This document shows, one piece after another, positions 1 to 10,330 of a DNA stretch of 64,000 bases (positions are counted from its first letter, which is position 1; each line of letters opens with the position of its first letter). Source of the DNA: Lama guanicoe (lineage: Eukaryota); the NCBI GenBank assembly GCA_013239625.1, contig MU054187.1:10375231-10439230 (forward strand), given 5' to 3'. The notes under the pieces are model-generated. The model did no database searches and was not told the DNA's origin. It worked only from the letters and a program-made list of their open reading frames with translations. The position numbers were made by a program, and so were the translations under genes.

Positions 1-728
1 CTTCTTGCCTTGGCAGCAAAATGAGTGTTTTAATGGTTAAGACTTTTTCTCCTCTTACCACTATGTCTGACTTAAGACACTTCTGCACCAGTAGTAACCC
101 AAATGAATCAAGACTGTTACAAAACAGACATGAGAGAAAAAACATGTGTCACTGAAAACTAATCTCATATCTCATTCTAGCTCATATTTCCTATTCCCAC
201 CTTTCCTCCAATTCTACTCTTAAAGGCTGTACAGTAATGAATGTTAGACTCAACTCCAAGGTGAAGCTGGGTGCAGGGGAGCATGAGAGAGCCAGCAGCC
301 TGAATGTCCGGCTTTTCCCCAAGCTGTTCAGCGTTTCAGCAGATTCAAAGGAAGACAGGGAGAGAGGACACCCATGGCCAGGGTCTAGGACTGGGCGACC
401 AGAGGGGTTGCTGTCACCCTTTCTGGGTCCTTGAGAGAGGACTTGTATTTTATTCTTTGGGGCTTCAGTCTTGAAACCCTTTGTGGTCCCCAGGTGAACT
501 TGGTACCTAGGAACCTCTTGACTGGTTTGCTCAGAATGGGCAGTCCCAGTGGCATGGATGATGCCTTTCTCTATGCCGCTGCTCCCCACTTGTCATTCTT
601 GGCTAAGAAGTGTCATATGAAAACCTCCCAAGTACAAGGTGACATCTTAATTACATATAGGTTGGGACAGTCCCAAGGGATCTAGAGAAGCTTTGCTATA
701 TTGAATTTTCGAAGTCAAAACTGGGAGA

Positions 729-818
729 TTTTTTTTTTTAATAGAGGTACTGGGGATTGAACCCAGGACCTCGTGCATGCTAAGCATGCGCTCTACCACT
801 GAGCTATTACCTTCCCCC
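729..818 (-). mobile_element. tRNA-Ala(AGC)-derived SINE (camelid Vic-1-like), young copy
   Basis: The reverse complement reads GGGGGAAGGTAATAGCTCAGTGGTAGAGCGCATGCTTAGCATGCACGAGGTCCTGGGTTCAATCCCCAGTACCTCTATT followed by A11. It has a pol III A box, a B box and an A tail. Imperfect TSD: ctgggagat / ctaggagat. Confidence 0.9.
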
Positions 819-1382
819 AAGGCTAGGAGATATTTGAAAATGGAGGGGGCACCCAAGACCCCAAAACAGTTATGTCTGTGGCCTAGAACACCATGCAATG
901 CTACCAACTTCCCCAAAATATGAAAAGCCGACCTTATGAGACAAGCAATTCAGAGGCCTTATGTTAATCAGTGGGGAAAAAGATGGTGTTTTATTTTCGT
1001 GATAGTTATGGGTGGTGAGGCAGGGAGAGGTTTTTCCTCCAGGTGTCAAACAGCTAAATTAACTGCAGAGAGTCTAGGCCAAAAATATCTCTGGCCTTGA
1101 GGACAAAGGGGTAATGGGCTTGGATAGTGAATAGCTTTTATGGCCTAACTCATGAGAAAGTTACTCATGAATTTTAAAATAAAATATCATTAGTGTTTCA
1201 TAAGTTTATTTCCCAAGGATATACTTTTTAAACTACATGTAACTCTTAACTAGTTTTCCATAATTCAGGAAAAAAAGGAACTACTAAATAATCACGACAA
1301 AAATATCTTAAAACAGTCTTTTGAGACGTTTTGTTTTACATTCGTTTGCACAAATGCGAGGAGAAAGATCATCACTGTAATT

Positions 1383-1822
1383 TATTATTTTCTATGAGGG
1401 ATTAGCTTACACAGTTGTGGAGGCTGAGAAGCCCTACAATCGGCTGTCTTCCAGCCAGAGACCCACAAAAGCCCGTGGTGAACTTCAGTCTGAAGTTCTG
1501 AGTCTGAGGCCCGAGAACCCAGGGAGCTGATGGTGTAAATTCTCGTCTGAAGGCAGGAGGAGATGAGATGAGATGAGATGTCCCCCCTGAGCAGTGAAGC
1601 AGGAAAAAGCGACAGGTTCTTCCTTCCTCTGTCTTTTATTCCATCTCAGCTGTCAATGGACTGGATGATTCCATACCCACATTGTGGATAGAAGTCTGCT
1701 TTACAGAGTCCACGGATTCAAGTGCTAATGTCATCTGGAAGCACCCTCCCAGACACACCCAGAAATGCTTGATCTGGGTACCTGCTGGCCCGTCACGTTG
1801 ACATATAAAATTAACCATCACA
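1383..1822 (-). mobile_element. MLT2 (ERVL) LTR, MLT2B-like
   Basis: Ends in aaaattaaccatcaca, the reverse complement of the MLT2 start TGTGATGGTTAATTTT. Contains the typical agacacacccagaaat and (agatg)n segments. Confidence 0.85.
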
Positions 1823-2250
1823 ATCATGCCTGTGAAAACACTCTGAACTATTTCAATCTTTGAATTACACGAGCAATCTATTTCAAATGAGAGGAAACAG
1901 GAAGAAAACAGAATCTTTCACATTAGAGGTACTAAAAACTTCATTTGTGCATATTTAGATTATATACTATGTAATTAGAAAATGTTGAGTTTTCACCAGG
2001 GTAAATTATTTCCATTTTAATAGGGACCTTATGTTGGAATTGACTATCATCATGAAAAATAACAACACTTGTTATAAGTCATGACTTTATAATGCAACAC
2101 AGTAGTATAAACATCACCAGTGTTGCTGTTGTCACCATAACTTGGCCAGTTGCTTTCTCAAAAAAAGAAAGGGGGGGTGGTCCTGCAGTTTAGTTAACTG
2201 TATTTGTTATATATAAAAAAACCCAACCCCTGACCTCCCCAAAAGCAAAA

Positions 2251-2331
2251 TTGAGTAGTTCAGCAAAATAGATTTCTGTTCCTGTAAGTCCTTGAGTAGT
2301 TGAGCAAAATAGATTTCTGTTCCTGTAAGTC
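2251..2331. repeat. Tandem duplication of a 40-bp unit (2251-2290 and 2292-2331, one mismatch)
   Basis: ttgagtagtt[c/g]agcaaaatagatttctgttcctgtaagtc occurs twice, separated by 1 base. Confidence 0.95.
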
Positions 2332-2415
2332 AATGGACTGGATGATTCCATACCCACATTGTGGATAGAAGTCTGCTTTACAGAGTCCACGGATTCAAGT
2401 GCTAATGTCATCTGG
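2329..2415 (+). repeat. Exact 87-bp direct copy of 1652-1738 (part of the MLT2 LTR)
   Basis: gtcaatggactg...gctaatgtcatctgg is identical at both positions. The ORF track shows the same peptide MTLALESVDSVKQTSIHNVGMESSSPLT twice. Confidence 0.95.
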
Positions 2416-4152
2416 TCAAGTGTGTACGTTCACTGTCAGGAGACAGCTTTCTCCCAGCGATGATTTGGGGACCAAGGCTCCTTCAATCTTTTAGGTCTCA
2501 ACGTCTCCTAGGGTCTCAAGTCTTTATCACCTTGCTGAAGGAGGAAAAGGCAATACAGAAGGCTCATTTGCTTCTGTCCAAAACAGCTCAACCTAGCTGA
2601 TGCTGGTGCACATCCATGGACGAGATCTTACCACAGAGTCACAGCTTCCCTGTGTACACCTGCACAGTCACCTGCATACCTGCCTCTCAGTCCCAGCTTT
2701 CCCCTTTCAAAAGGAGGACCTGGATGCCTGTGAAACCTAGTCCCTGTTGCTGCCTGGTCTAGCTTGTTGGTCAACACTAAATCAGAGCATTTGTCATAGA
2801 GCATAACGTCTATCCAAGAGTTAATGTAGTGCATGTTGTCAGTGAGTTACTGTCCTTCTGAGGAACATTTATGAACCTATTGCCTGGGAAGAAATAAGAT
2901 TAATTTAAAAAGTAAAAACAAACAGAAAACTCTTCAATAAGAATTCTAATCTAAAATGTGATTAAGGGATATAGATTTCATTTTATTTTTGAGAGTGAGA
3001 TTGTTGTTTTTCATATTTTTCTCTTATTCTTGGTTTTACACCAAGTAATTATATGTATTTATCCATTATAAACATTGCATTTAGATATACGTGAGTCTTA
3101 AGGAATTAATAAGTAATAATAGTGAGGTGTTGTGTCTAAAGAATTAAAATATCTCATTGTGAATAATGCTAATAATTTAATTATACACACATAATTAGTT
3201 TATTACAGTGTTTCTGTGTGTTGGGTACACAGTTTGAAAAAAAATGATTTGTGCTGTTCCATTGTCATTTACAGCCACATTAGTAGCATCTAGCATTATT
3301 TTTCAAAGCAGCAAATTTCAAAGTTTTCTGGCAATATGATGGTTTTGCATTCATTAGAGCTTTTGGTACCAGGCTCCTGCCGCCGCAGGTTAGGTAATCA
3401 CACCTTCTTGAAACCAGAGAATGAAAGTCCAGCAGTCATTGAAAAGGGGAATTAGGAAGGCATACTGAATAAATCAAATATGTTGACATTTTAAATAACT
3501 GCCACACAACTGCCATGTATGTGATTTAGGGCAGGAAATATTTCAGAGCTACCCACTGATCAAAAATTATTCTGATCATTATGCTTTATATTAATAAAAC
3601 CATGCACACAGGGATAGTACCTAAAGTAACACAGATGTAATATCTCGGTGACGCCCAAATCACATGAGTAGAGAGAATTCAGAACACAAATGAGCAGTAA
3701 GACCTTCCCGATCTCTCGAAATCACCCCCTGATTGGATTTCCCCTTGGCTGGCAGGCACTTTGGGCTCTTTTTGACTTCTCAGACCGTTTCAGTGGCCAT
3801 TATTTCGTCTCTAATTTTCCATATTAAAACTTGTGTACTTTCAAATCTTAATTAGGATTTTAAAGAAAGAAAAAAAATGAAAGGAAAAAAATAGGTTTTT
3901 TCCTCAAGGTAATAAAAGAGGACCATTGAATACTTAAAATGCTGGGGAGGAAAATACGGTACCATAAGCGTGGTTAGTTTGGAAATTTTTCTGCTGCCTT
4001 TGGGGCAGTGGTTATTTCCATTCTAGGGAAGTAATGCATAATTCATTCTTCACTGTTTGAAAAAAGCTACTGTGACTAAGGTGTACATGTTCTCAATTCA
4101 GAAATTTGAGACCCTCTGAGTGTCGCTTTTAGGCTCATATGGTCAGTCACAC

Positions 4153-4832
4153 TGTTGAAGTTTATAGAAGAAAATCTAAAGACAGGAAGAAAACAAGATG
4201 CTTTAAAAGAGGTCAGCCCTACGAAGAAATTTAGTGACTATCTGGGAAACTGAAATTCGTCATCAGTTAGCCATTAATAAATAATAAACTGTAACCCGCC
4301 TTCTCTGATCAAGCCCGCTTTGTTTTTACAAAAACTTGCACGTCCTCCAGCCGTCTCCTCGTCTCAACAGTAAGATGTTTGCGCAGGTTTCTTCAGAAAC
4401 TTGGAGTCAGCTGTGTCCAGTTTGAGCTGGAGCTGGTTGAGCCTGGTTAGGACCTCCGACTCTCCCACTGGGCATGCGCGAGTGTCCGCTCTGTGACCTT
4501 CTGACGTCAGAGGGCCCGGGGCTCCACCCTCAAAACGTGCTGGCGCCGCCAGGTACTGGACATGCGTCCGGAGAAGCAGCCTGTAGCTTAGCTATGGCTG
4601 CAAAGAATGACGATTGCCTCGCCTTTTTCTTATTTCCAATCACCTTTTGCCAGGCTTTCCACACCTCAGCTTTATGCCACAAATAGCCCCTCGCCTTCAG
4701 AGAGGCGGGCTTGAGATCTGTTCTCCCATCTCCTCACTTGGCTGCCTTGTGAATAAACACTTTCTTTGCTTCAAAACTCCTTATCTCAATGCATGGCTTG
4801 TGCATCAGGCCAATGAACCTGGTTCCGTAACA
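4153..4832 (+). mobile_element. Solo ERV1 LTR, MER4/MER41-group-like
   Basis: TG...CA ends (tgttg...ccgtaaca) and AATAAA at 4752-4757. The 3' portion (ttgagatctgttctcccatctcctcacttggctgccttgtgaataaac...gaacctggttccgtaaca) resembles MER41-type LTR ends. The 5' boundary is uncertain and no clean TSD is visible. Confidence 0.75.
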
Positions 4833-7151
4833 TTTGTAAAATACAGATTCTGTTGGTATCAGATGTCCCAGCTGCATACGACTTAACAACTATACCACAT
4901 GTCAGATTGTAACGTTCACTTTATATAATTTCATAACATCCTTAAAAAATTTTACAAACCTGATTGCTTTATAATGTGGATATCCAGGAAGGGATAGAGC
5001 CTTTCATTCAGGGGTGAGGATGGGATAAAGCAACCTATAAAAGCCCCAGGAAGTGCTAACACAGATACAGTCAGTGTTAGGTTTGGAAGTACTGGGCTAT
5101 CCTGGAGCTGGAGTTGAAAGTGTAGGTAGGGGTGAAGGAGCAGAGGGTGTGCCCTGAAGGGCTGGCACCCTGAGGGTGCATCAGTGTTGGGGGGCTGATT
5201 CCCTTCTGAAGCTCTTGGTTCTGCCCATGGAGACTTCATTCCCATCAACAGTCTCTCTGGTTATATTTTCATTCAAGATCCTGAGTGGCTATGGCTTCCC
5301 ACCCGCACCCATTGTGGTTCAAGATGGCGGGGCAGTGGTCATACCTGGCGATTTCCTGTAGCAATAGTGGTTGTCAGTTTGTCTCTGCAGGCAAAGCCCC
5401 TTCAAGAGATCAGGAATGAATGAAGCTTTGGACAAATGACGTCACGTATATAAAGAGGACAATGAATATATAATATGGACAATAGAAAGGTATTTGAGAC
5501 TAAGATAAGTGGAAACTGTCATAACTGAGGAAAGCTCCAGGTCTTGCAGGATGGGTAGGATTTGCATAACTGGAAAGAGAGGACAAGAACTAGACCTGCA
5601 GACAGAGGAAAAGACACAAAGTCACAGAACTAATAATGGGCATGATAAATTGCATACAGTATAAAAAATAATAATACTTTTAAAAGCTCACAGTAGTGCA
5701 TGTTTAACTATGCACATCTGGAGTTAGAAGTGACTCCTCAGGTACCAGGTTGCAACCTCTTAGTCAGGCTGCAGTTTTGCTTGTTCTTTGCACATATGTG
5801 TTAACATTTGTAGGGCTGAATTTGGACACAAATGGTAAAACCAACAGTAAAAATTACTTTAGAGAAAATTATACAGAGGAATTTGAAATTATTTAAAATT
5901 CAATATTTATCTTTCTTTGGAAAAGCAAGCACTATCCAAAATATATTTAATTAATTATTTAGCATCAAAATTCAAGAGTATATGAATATGGATCACTGTG
6001 TGTTGCTATAGTATTATGCCAATCAGTAAACCTTAAAAACTTTCCCTTGAAGCATGATATAAAAACATGTAATTTCTTTAAAATGTCCAAATTCCCTTAC
6101 TAGATTGTGAGTTTCTTTAGAGGAGGACCTGTCTGATTTGTTTTCATTTCCTCCAGAGCATTAACATATAGAAGCTATTCAATAAATGTATACTTAATAG
6201 TGATTTTATTACTAATAATTTAAAAACTTGATAAATTACAAAAAGACTTGAATTAAGGGGCTGGGGAGGAAGTCTCTGATTAGAAATGATAATGATAATG
6301 AATAGTAGACATTTTGAGGGATTGTGTATTTGATAACTTTGAGCATCAAGTAGAATACAAGTTAAAAGATAGAGAAAATATTAGAGTGAGTCAGTGGGAG
6401 AATTTTGAGGAATAATTCTGCTCAAAAAAGTGAGGGATAGATGAAGTCACAGACCTGGATGAATTTTATGAAGAAAGAAAGAAAGGTAGAAAGAAAAAAA
6501 ATCAGAGAATTAAGGGGTAGAAACCATAGAATGTACATGGAATGATGAAAAGAAAATTTATCATTAAAGACAACTTACAGACTGGGAAAAAACATTTGCA
6601 AATGATGCAACTGACAAGGGCTTAACTTCTAGAATATATAAACAGCTCATACAACTCAACAGTAACAACAAAACTCAACCTAATAAAAAAAATTGGCAGA
6701 AGACCTAAACAGACATTTTTCCAAAGAAGACATATAGATGGCCAATAAGCACATGAAAAAATGCTCAATAGCACTAATTATCAGAGAAATGCAAGTGAAA
6801 TCTACAGTGAGGTAGCACCTCACACCAGTCAGAGTGGAAATTATTAAAAAGTCCACAAATGATAAATGTTGGAGAGGGTATGGAGAAAAGGGACCCTCCT
6901 ACATTGTTGGTGGAAATGTAGTTTGGTGCAGCCACTATGGAAAACAGTATGGAGATTCCTTTAAAAACTAAAAATAGAGTTACTGTAGGATCCAGCAATC
7001 CCACTCCTGGGCATATATCTGGAGAAAATTCTGATTCAAAAAGATACATGCACCCCAATGTTCATAGCAGCATTATTTACAATAGCCAAGACATAGAAGC
7101 AAACTAAATGTCCACTGACAGATGACCGGATAAAGAATTTGTGGTAGGTAT

Positions 7152-7153
<2 letters not shown>

Positions 7154-7202
<49 letters not shown>
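7154..7202. repeat. (CA)n microsatellite inside L1
   Basis: About 24 uninterrupted CA units. Confidence 0.97.
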
Positions 7203-7205
<3 letters not shown>

Positions 7206-7564
7206 GAATACTACTCAGCTACAAAAAAGAATAAAATAATGCTATTTGCAGCAACATGTATGGATGTAGAGATTATCACACCAAGTGACGTCAGACAGAG
7301 AAAGACAAATATCATGATATCACTTATATGTGGAATATTTTAAAAATGACACAAATGAACTTATTTACAAATCAGAAACAGACTCACAGACATAGAAAAT
7401 AAACTTATGGTTGCCAAAGGGGAAAGCAGTTGGGGAGGGATAAATTAGGAGTTTGGGATTAGCAGATACAAACTACTATATATAAAATATATAAACAACA
7501 AAGTCCTATAGTATAGCACAGGGAACCATGTTAAGTATCTTGCAATAACCTCTAATGAAAAAGA

Positions 7565-7580
7565 ATATACACATACATAC

Positions 7581-7631
<51 letters not shown>

Positions 7632-7698
7632 NNNNNNNNNNNNNNNNNNNNNNNNNNNNNNNNNNNNNNNNNNNNNNNNNNNNACACACACACACACA
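7565..7698. repeat. (TA)n/(CA)n compound microsatellite spanning an assembly gap (N at 7632-7683)
   Basis: A TA run, then 52 N, then a CA run, all inside the L1 3' UTR. Confidence 0.97.
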
Positions 7699-8746
7699 TG
7701 TAGGATTAAATCACTGTGCTGTACACCGGAAACTAACACAACATTGTAAATCAACCATACTTCAATAACAAAAAGAAAATGTATTATTTGCAAAAGTTTG
7801 ATTCCTAGATTAGGTAAACTGTAAGAGATAAAAATCAGGTTAAGCTGATTTTTGTTATAATTATGTTTAAAATTTTAGAACTCATCAGTTTATAAGCACA
7901 TAAACACATACATACATACATATAATTTATACCATCAGTATACTACTCATCCTATATAAGTAATTGAGAAATAAACTTTTGTTACTACCTAATGCCAAAA
8001 CAATCCATTTACCTTGGAGAAATCAGAAATAGGTCCATTTTCTCCTTACATAAAAAACTGGAGCGTATTTATTGCTTTCATTTTTTTTCCTCTCAGGTTC
8101 ACTCTTGTCTCACAGAATATGCATTTTCAGTTTTATTGCAACAGAACACCCATGGATTTTTGTTTCATTATCTTTGTCAACATTTTTACTTTCCCAGGGG
8201 ACATCTCTGCGGAATCCATTTCTACTTCTGTGTGACCAGAGGACCTCTATTGGTCAAGTTCACTAACAACCTCGGTGTAATTTCAGAAGGAAATTACAGA
8301 GAGCACTTCAGATCTAACACTTTCTGGGAGGAGAAATATTAACATGCTCACCTCTTGCTCCCAATATAAGATTCTGGGTAGGAGTGAGTGACTCATTTTC
8401 TGAAGGGGCATTAATTCCATAAAACCTTTCTAGTCACTTGGTGAATTACCTCTTCCATTACCCAGAACAGTGCCCAGAGGTTTTAAGGAATGAATACTTC
8501 TAAAGCAGAGAAGTGCTTAGAAACTCATTATGGTTTCTAAAGAAAGTGGTTTCTTTCACATTTTGTTTTAAATACAGCTTATTATATGTGTGTATGTACG
8601 TATATAAGTATATGAGTATATGTGTGCTTTTATATTTATATGAAAGGATAGTGGAGATTTCAGTTGTACATTTGTATTAGTTTTAGTGAGGCTGTGGGTT
8701 TTTCTTCTATAATAGAAATCCAATCTAATACTAGCTTTAATTAGAT

Positions 8747-8962
8747 CAGGGTTTTTCAACCTTGGCACTGTTGGCATTTTGAACCATCTAATTCTTAGTA
8801 GTGGGGGCTCTCCTCCTATGTATTGTAGGATGTTCACCAACATCCCTGGGCTCACAGATGCCAGAAGCAACCACACCCTCCCAGTTGTGACAACCAAAAA
8901 TGTCTCCTGACCATGCCAAATGTCCCCTGAGGGGCAAAGTTGTCCCCTTTTGAGATGTACTG
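8747..8962 (-). mobile_element. MER20 (hAT-Charlie) non-autonomous DNA transposon
   Basis: cagggtttttcaacc...ttgagatgtactg termini and the internal segment cccagttgtgacaaccaaaaatgtctcc...aaatgtcccctg. Confidence 0.9.
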
Positions 8963-9127
8963 TGCTGGACAGAGATGTATGTCTCACCCATGGGAAGTCC
9001 AAGCTGGTATGGTAGCTCTGCTCTGCCCTGGAGCCCAGGCTCCTTGCTTTGCCATCTCTAGGAACTGCACTCATCACATGAACCCAAAGATCTCACTCAG
9101 ATATCCTGATTCTAGGGGGGGCAAGGA

Positions 9128-9343
9128 CAATGTGTGCTGAGAAACTGCCTCTCTGAAAAAATAAAAGAGCCTGGGGAACGGAGGCCTGATCTGTAGTATT
9201 TATGGATTTCCATGTTGTGAATATTCTTACTGTGGCTGCTGTTAAACCACCAACAGTTTAACAACTGGCTTGCAAAATTCCTGTGTATTTAACAATCACT
9301 TCTTGTAAGGCAGTGTTAATGGGTGACAGCCAGCATACCCCTG
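9128..9343. mobile_element. MER63-like (hAT-Blackjack) DNA transposon
   Basis: Decayed terminal inverted repeats (caatgtgtgctg...cagcatacccctg) and the internal segments gcctgatctgtagtattt and tttaacaactggcttgcaaaattcctg. Confidence 0.65.
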
Positions 9344-9900
9344 ACAGAAGGAAGGGGCAGAGGCAGGAGACACACAACCTTCTGTTTAAGGGGAAAGTGA
9401 GGTTTCTCTGCTGTTCACCCCCATGGGACAGAACTTAGTCACATGTCCATCCTAGCTGCAAGGGAGGCTGGAATGCTGTGTGTACTCTGGACAGCACACA
9501 TCCAGCCAGTGAATCAGGGGAACCTATCACTAGGAGGCAGAGGGAGAGACAAGGCTTACTACAGGAAAACTACCAGCCTCTGCCATGATATCATTTAAAA
9601 ATTGACCAGAAATCCTAGTGAATTTTTATCTATGAGAATCTTAGAAATCTCATTACATTTAAAATGTAATAAATAAGAAGAGCTATGTCACAGACTTCCT
9701 CCAACAGTCAAAGGTTCCCTAAGCAGCTAACATCTGAGGACAGGTGATTGTTCTTGCTATTTTTTAAATTGATGGTAAATGTAACTTGAAAACTCAACAC
9801 TTGTAGCTCAAGTTGTTTGAGTAGGTGACCTATGTACTTCACCTTTTGGATTCACTAGAAAGTAAACATTATAGGATTTTTTAATTAGAATAGGCTTAAT

Positions 9901-10108
9901 GGTAATAATTATAATAGGTAACACATTTAACAGTGTGGGCCAGTCACTGTCTAAACATATTTACATATTTTTGTGTTCTTTTAATCTTCACAACAACCCT
10001 ACGTAGTAGGCACCATTATTATTCTTATTTTTAGACAAAATTGAGGCACGGATAGGTTAAGTATCTTATCCAAAAACACACAGCAAATAAGAAGCGGGGT
10101 CAGGATTC
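9901..10108 (-). mobile_element. MIR SINE
   Basis: MIR core tttaatcttcacaacaaccctacgtagtagg...attgaggcacggataggttaagt. Confidence 0.85.
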
Positions 10109-10129
10109 TTAGAGATCATCTCTTCTAAT

Positions 10130-10330
10130 GCTTTCTGTGCATTCATCTCTATTTCCTTCTATGCTTGCCCCTGTAAGGAGGTAAGGAGCTGGAAGGATTA
10201 AAAACTACATTTCCCAGATTCCTTTGCAGCTGAGGCTCTGGGTACACTTTACCTTCAAATCATCAGCTTTCTGATGTGAAGCAGCTTAGTGGCAGAGGGG
10301 TTAGCAGTAGAAGCAGCTATTTCCTGGCCA
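10130..10330 (+). mobile_element. LTR16/LTR33-like ERVL LTR fragment
   Basis: Contains the hallmark aaaactacatttcccagattcctttgcagct. Confidence 0.55.

Larger units (their letters stand above)
2189..2645 (-). mobile_element. Old MLT1 (MaLR) LTR remnant interrupted by a duplication and a templated insertion
   Basis: MLT1-like start (ttagtt...aaacccaacccc...aaaattgagtagttcagcaaaatagattt) and the internal segment gggaccaaggctccttcaatctt. Confidence 0.55.
6566..7775 (+). mobile_element. 5'-truncated LINE-1 (ORF2 C-terminus and 3' UTR)
   Basis: Typical L1 ORF2 3' sequence (tgttggtggaaatgtagtttggtgcagccactatggaaaacagtatggag) and the 3' UTR end tgtaaatcaaccatacttcaataacaaaa. TSD aaaagaaaatttatcatt (6548-6565) / aaaagaaaatgtattatt (7771-7788). 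Confidence 0.95.
8672..9588 (-). mobile_element. Old MLT1 (J/K-like) LTR split by MER20 and MER63 insertions
   Basis: Starts tgtattagtt and contains the MLT1 hallmark cagaacttagtcacatgtccatcctagctgcaagggaggctggaa near 9430-9475. Confidence 0.75.

Noticed and set aside
191..589. 132-aa minus-strand ORF at the window start
   Set aside because: No recognisable domain or exon structure. It overlaps other short ORFs in a moderately GC-rich patch.
729..818. Functional tRNA-Ala gene
   Set aside because: It has an A tail, a TSD-like flank and a disrupted acceptor-stem 5' end, and two related diverged copies occur in the same window. These point to a SINE.
2251..2331. CRISPR-like repeat array
   Set aside because: Only two 40-bp units separated by 1 base, with no spacers and no cas genes, in a mammalian context.
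7445..7793. ORFs with IYIYIY and X runs
   Set aside because: Artefacts of the (TA)n microsatellite and the N gap inside an L1 3' UTR.
8568..9077. Longest ORF in the track (169 aa, minus strand)
   Set aside because: It runs through MER20 and MLT1 sequence and a low-complexity AT tract. It has no recognisable domain and looks like a chance frame.
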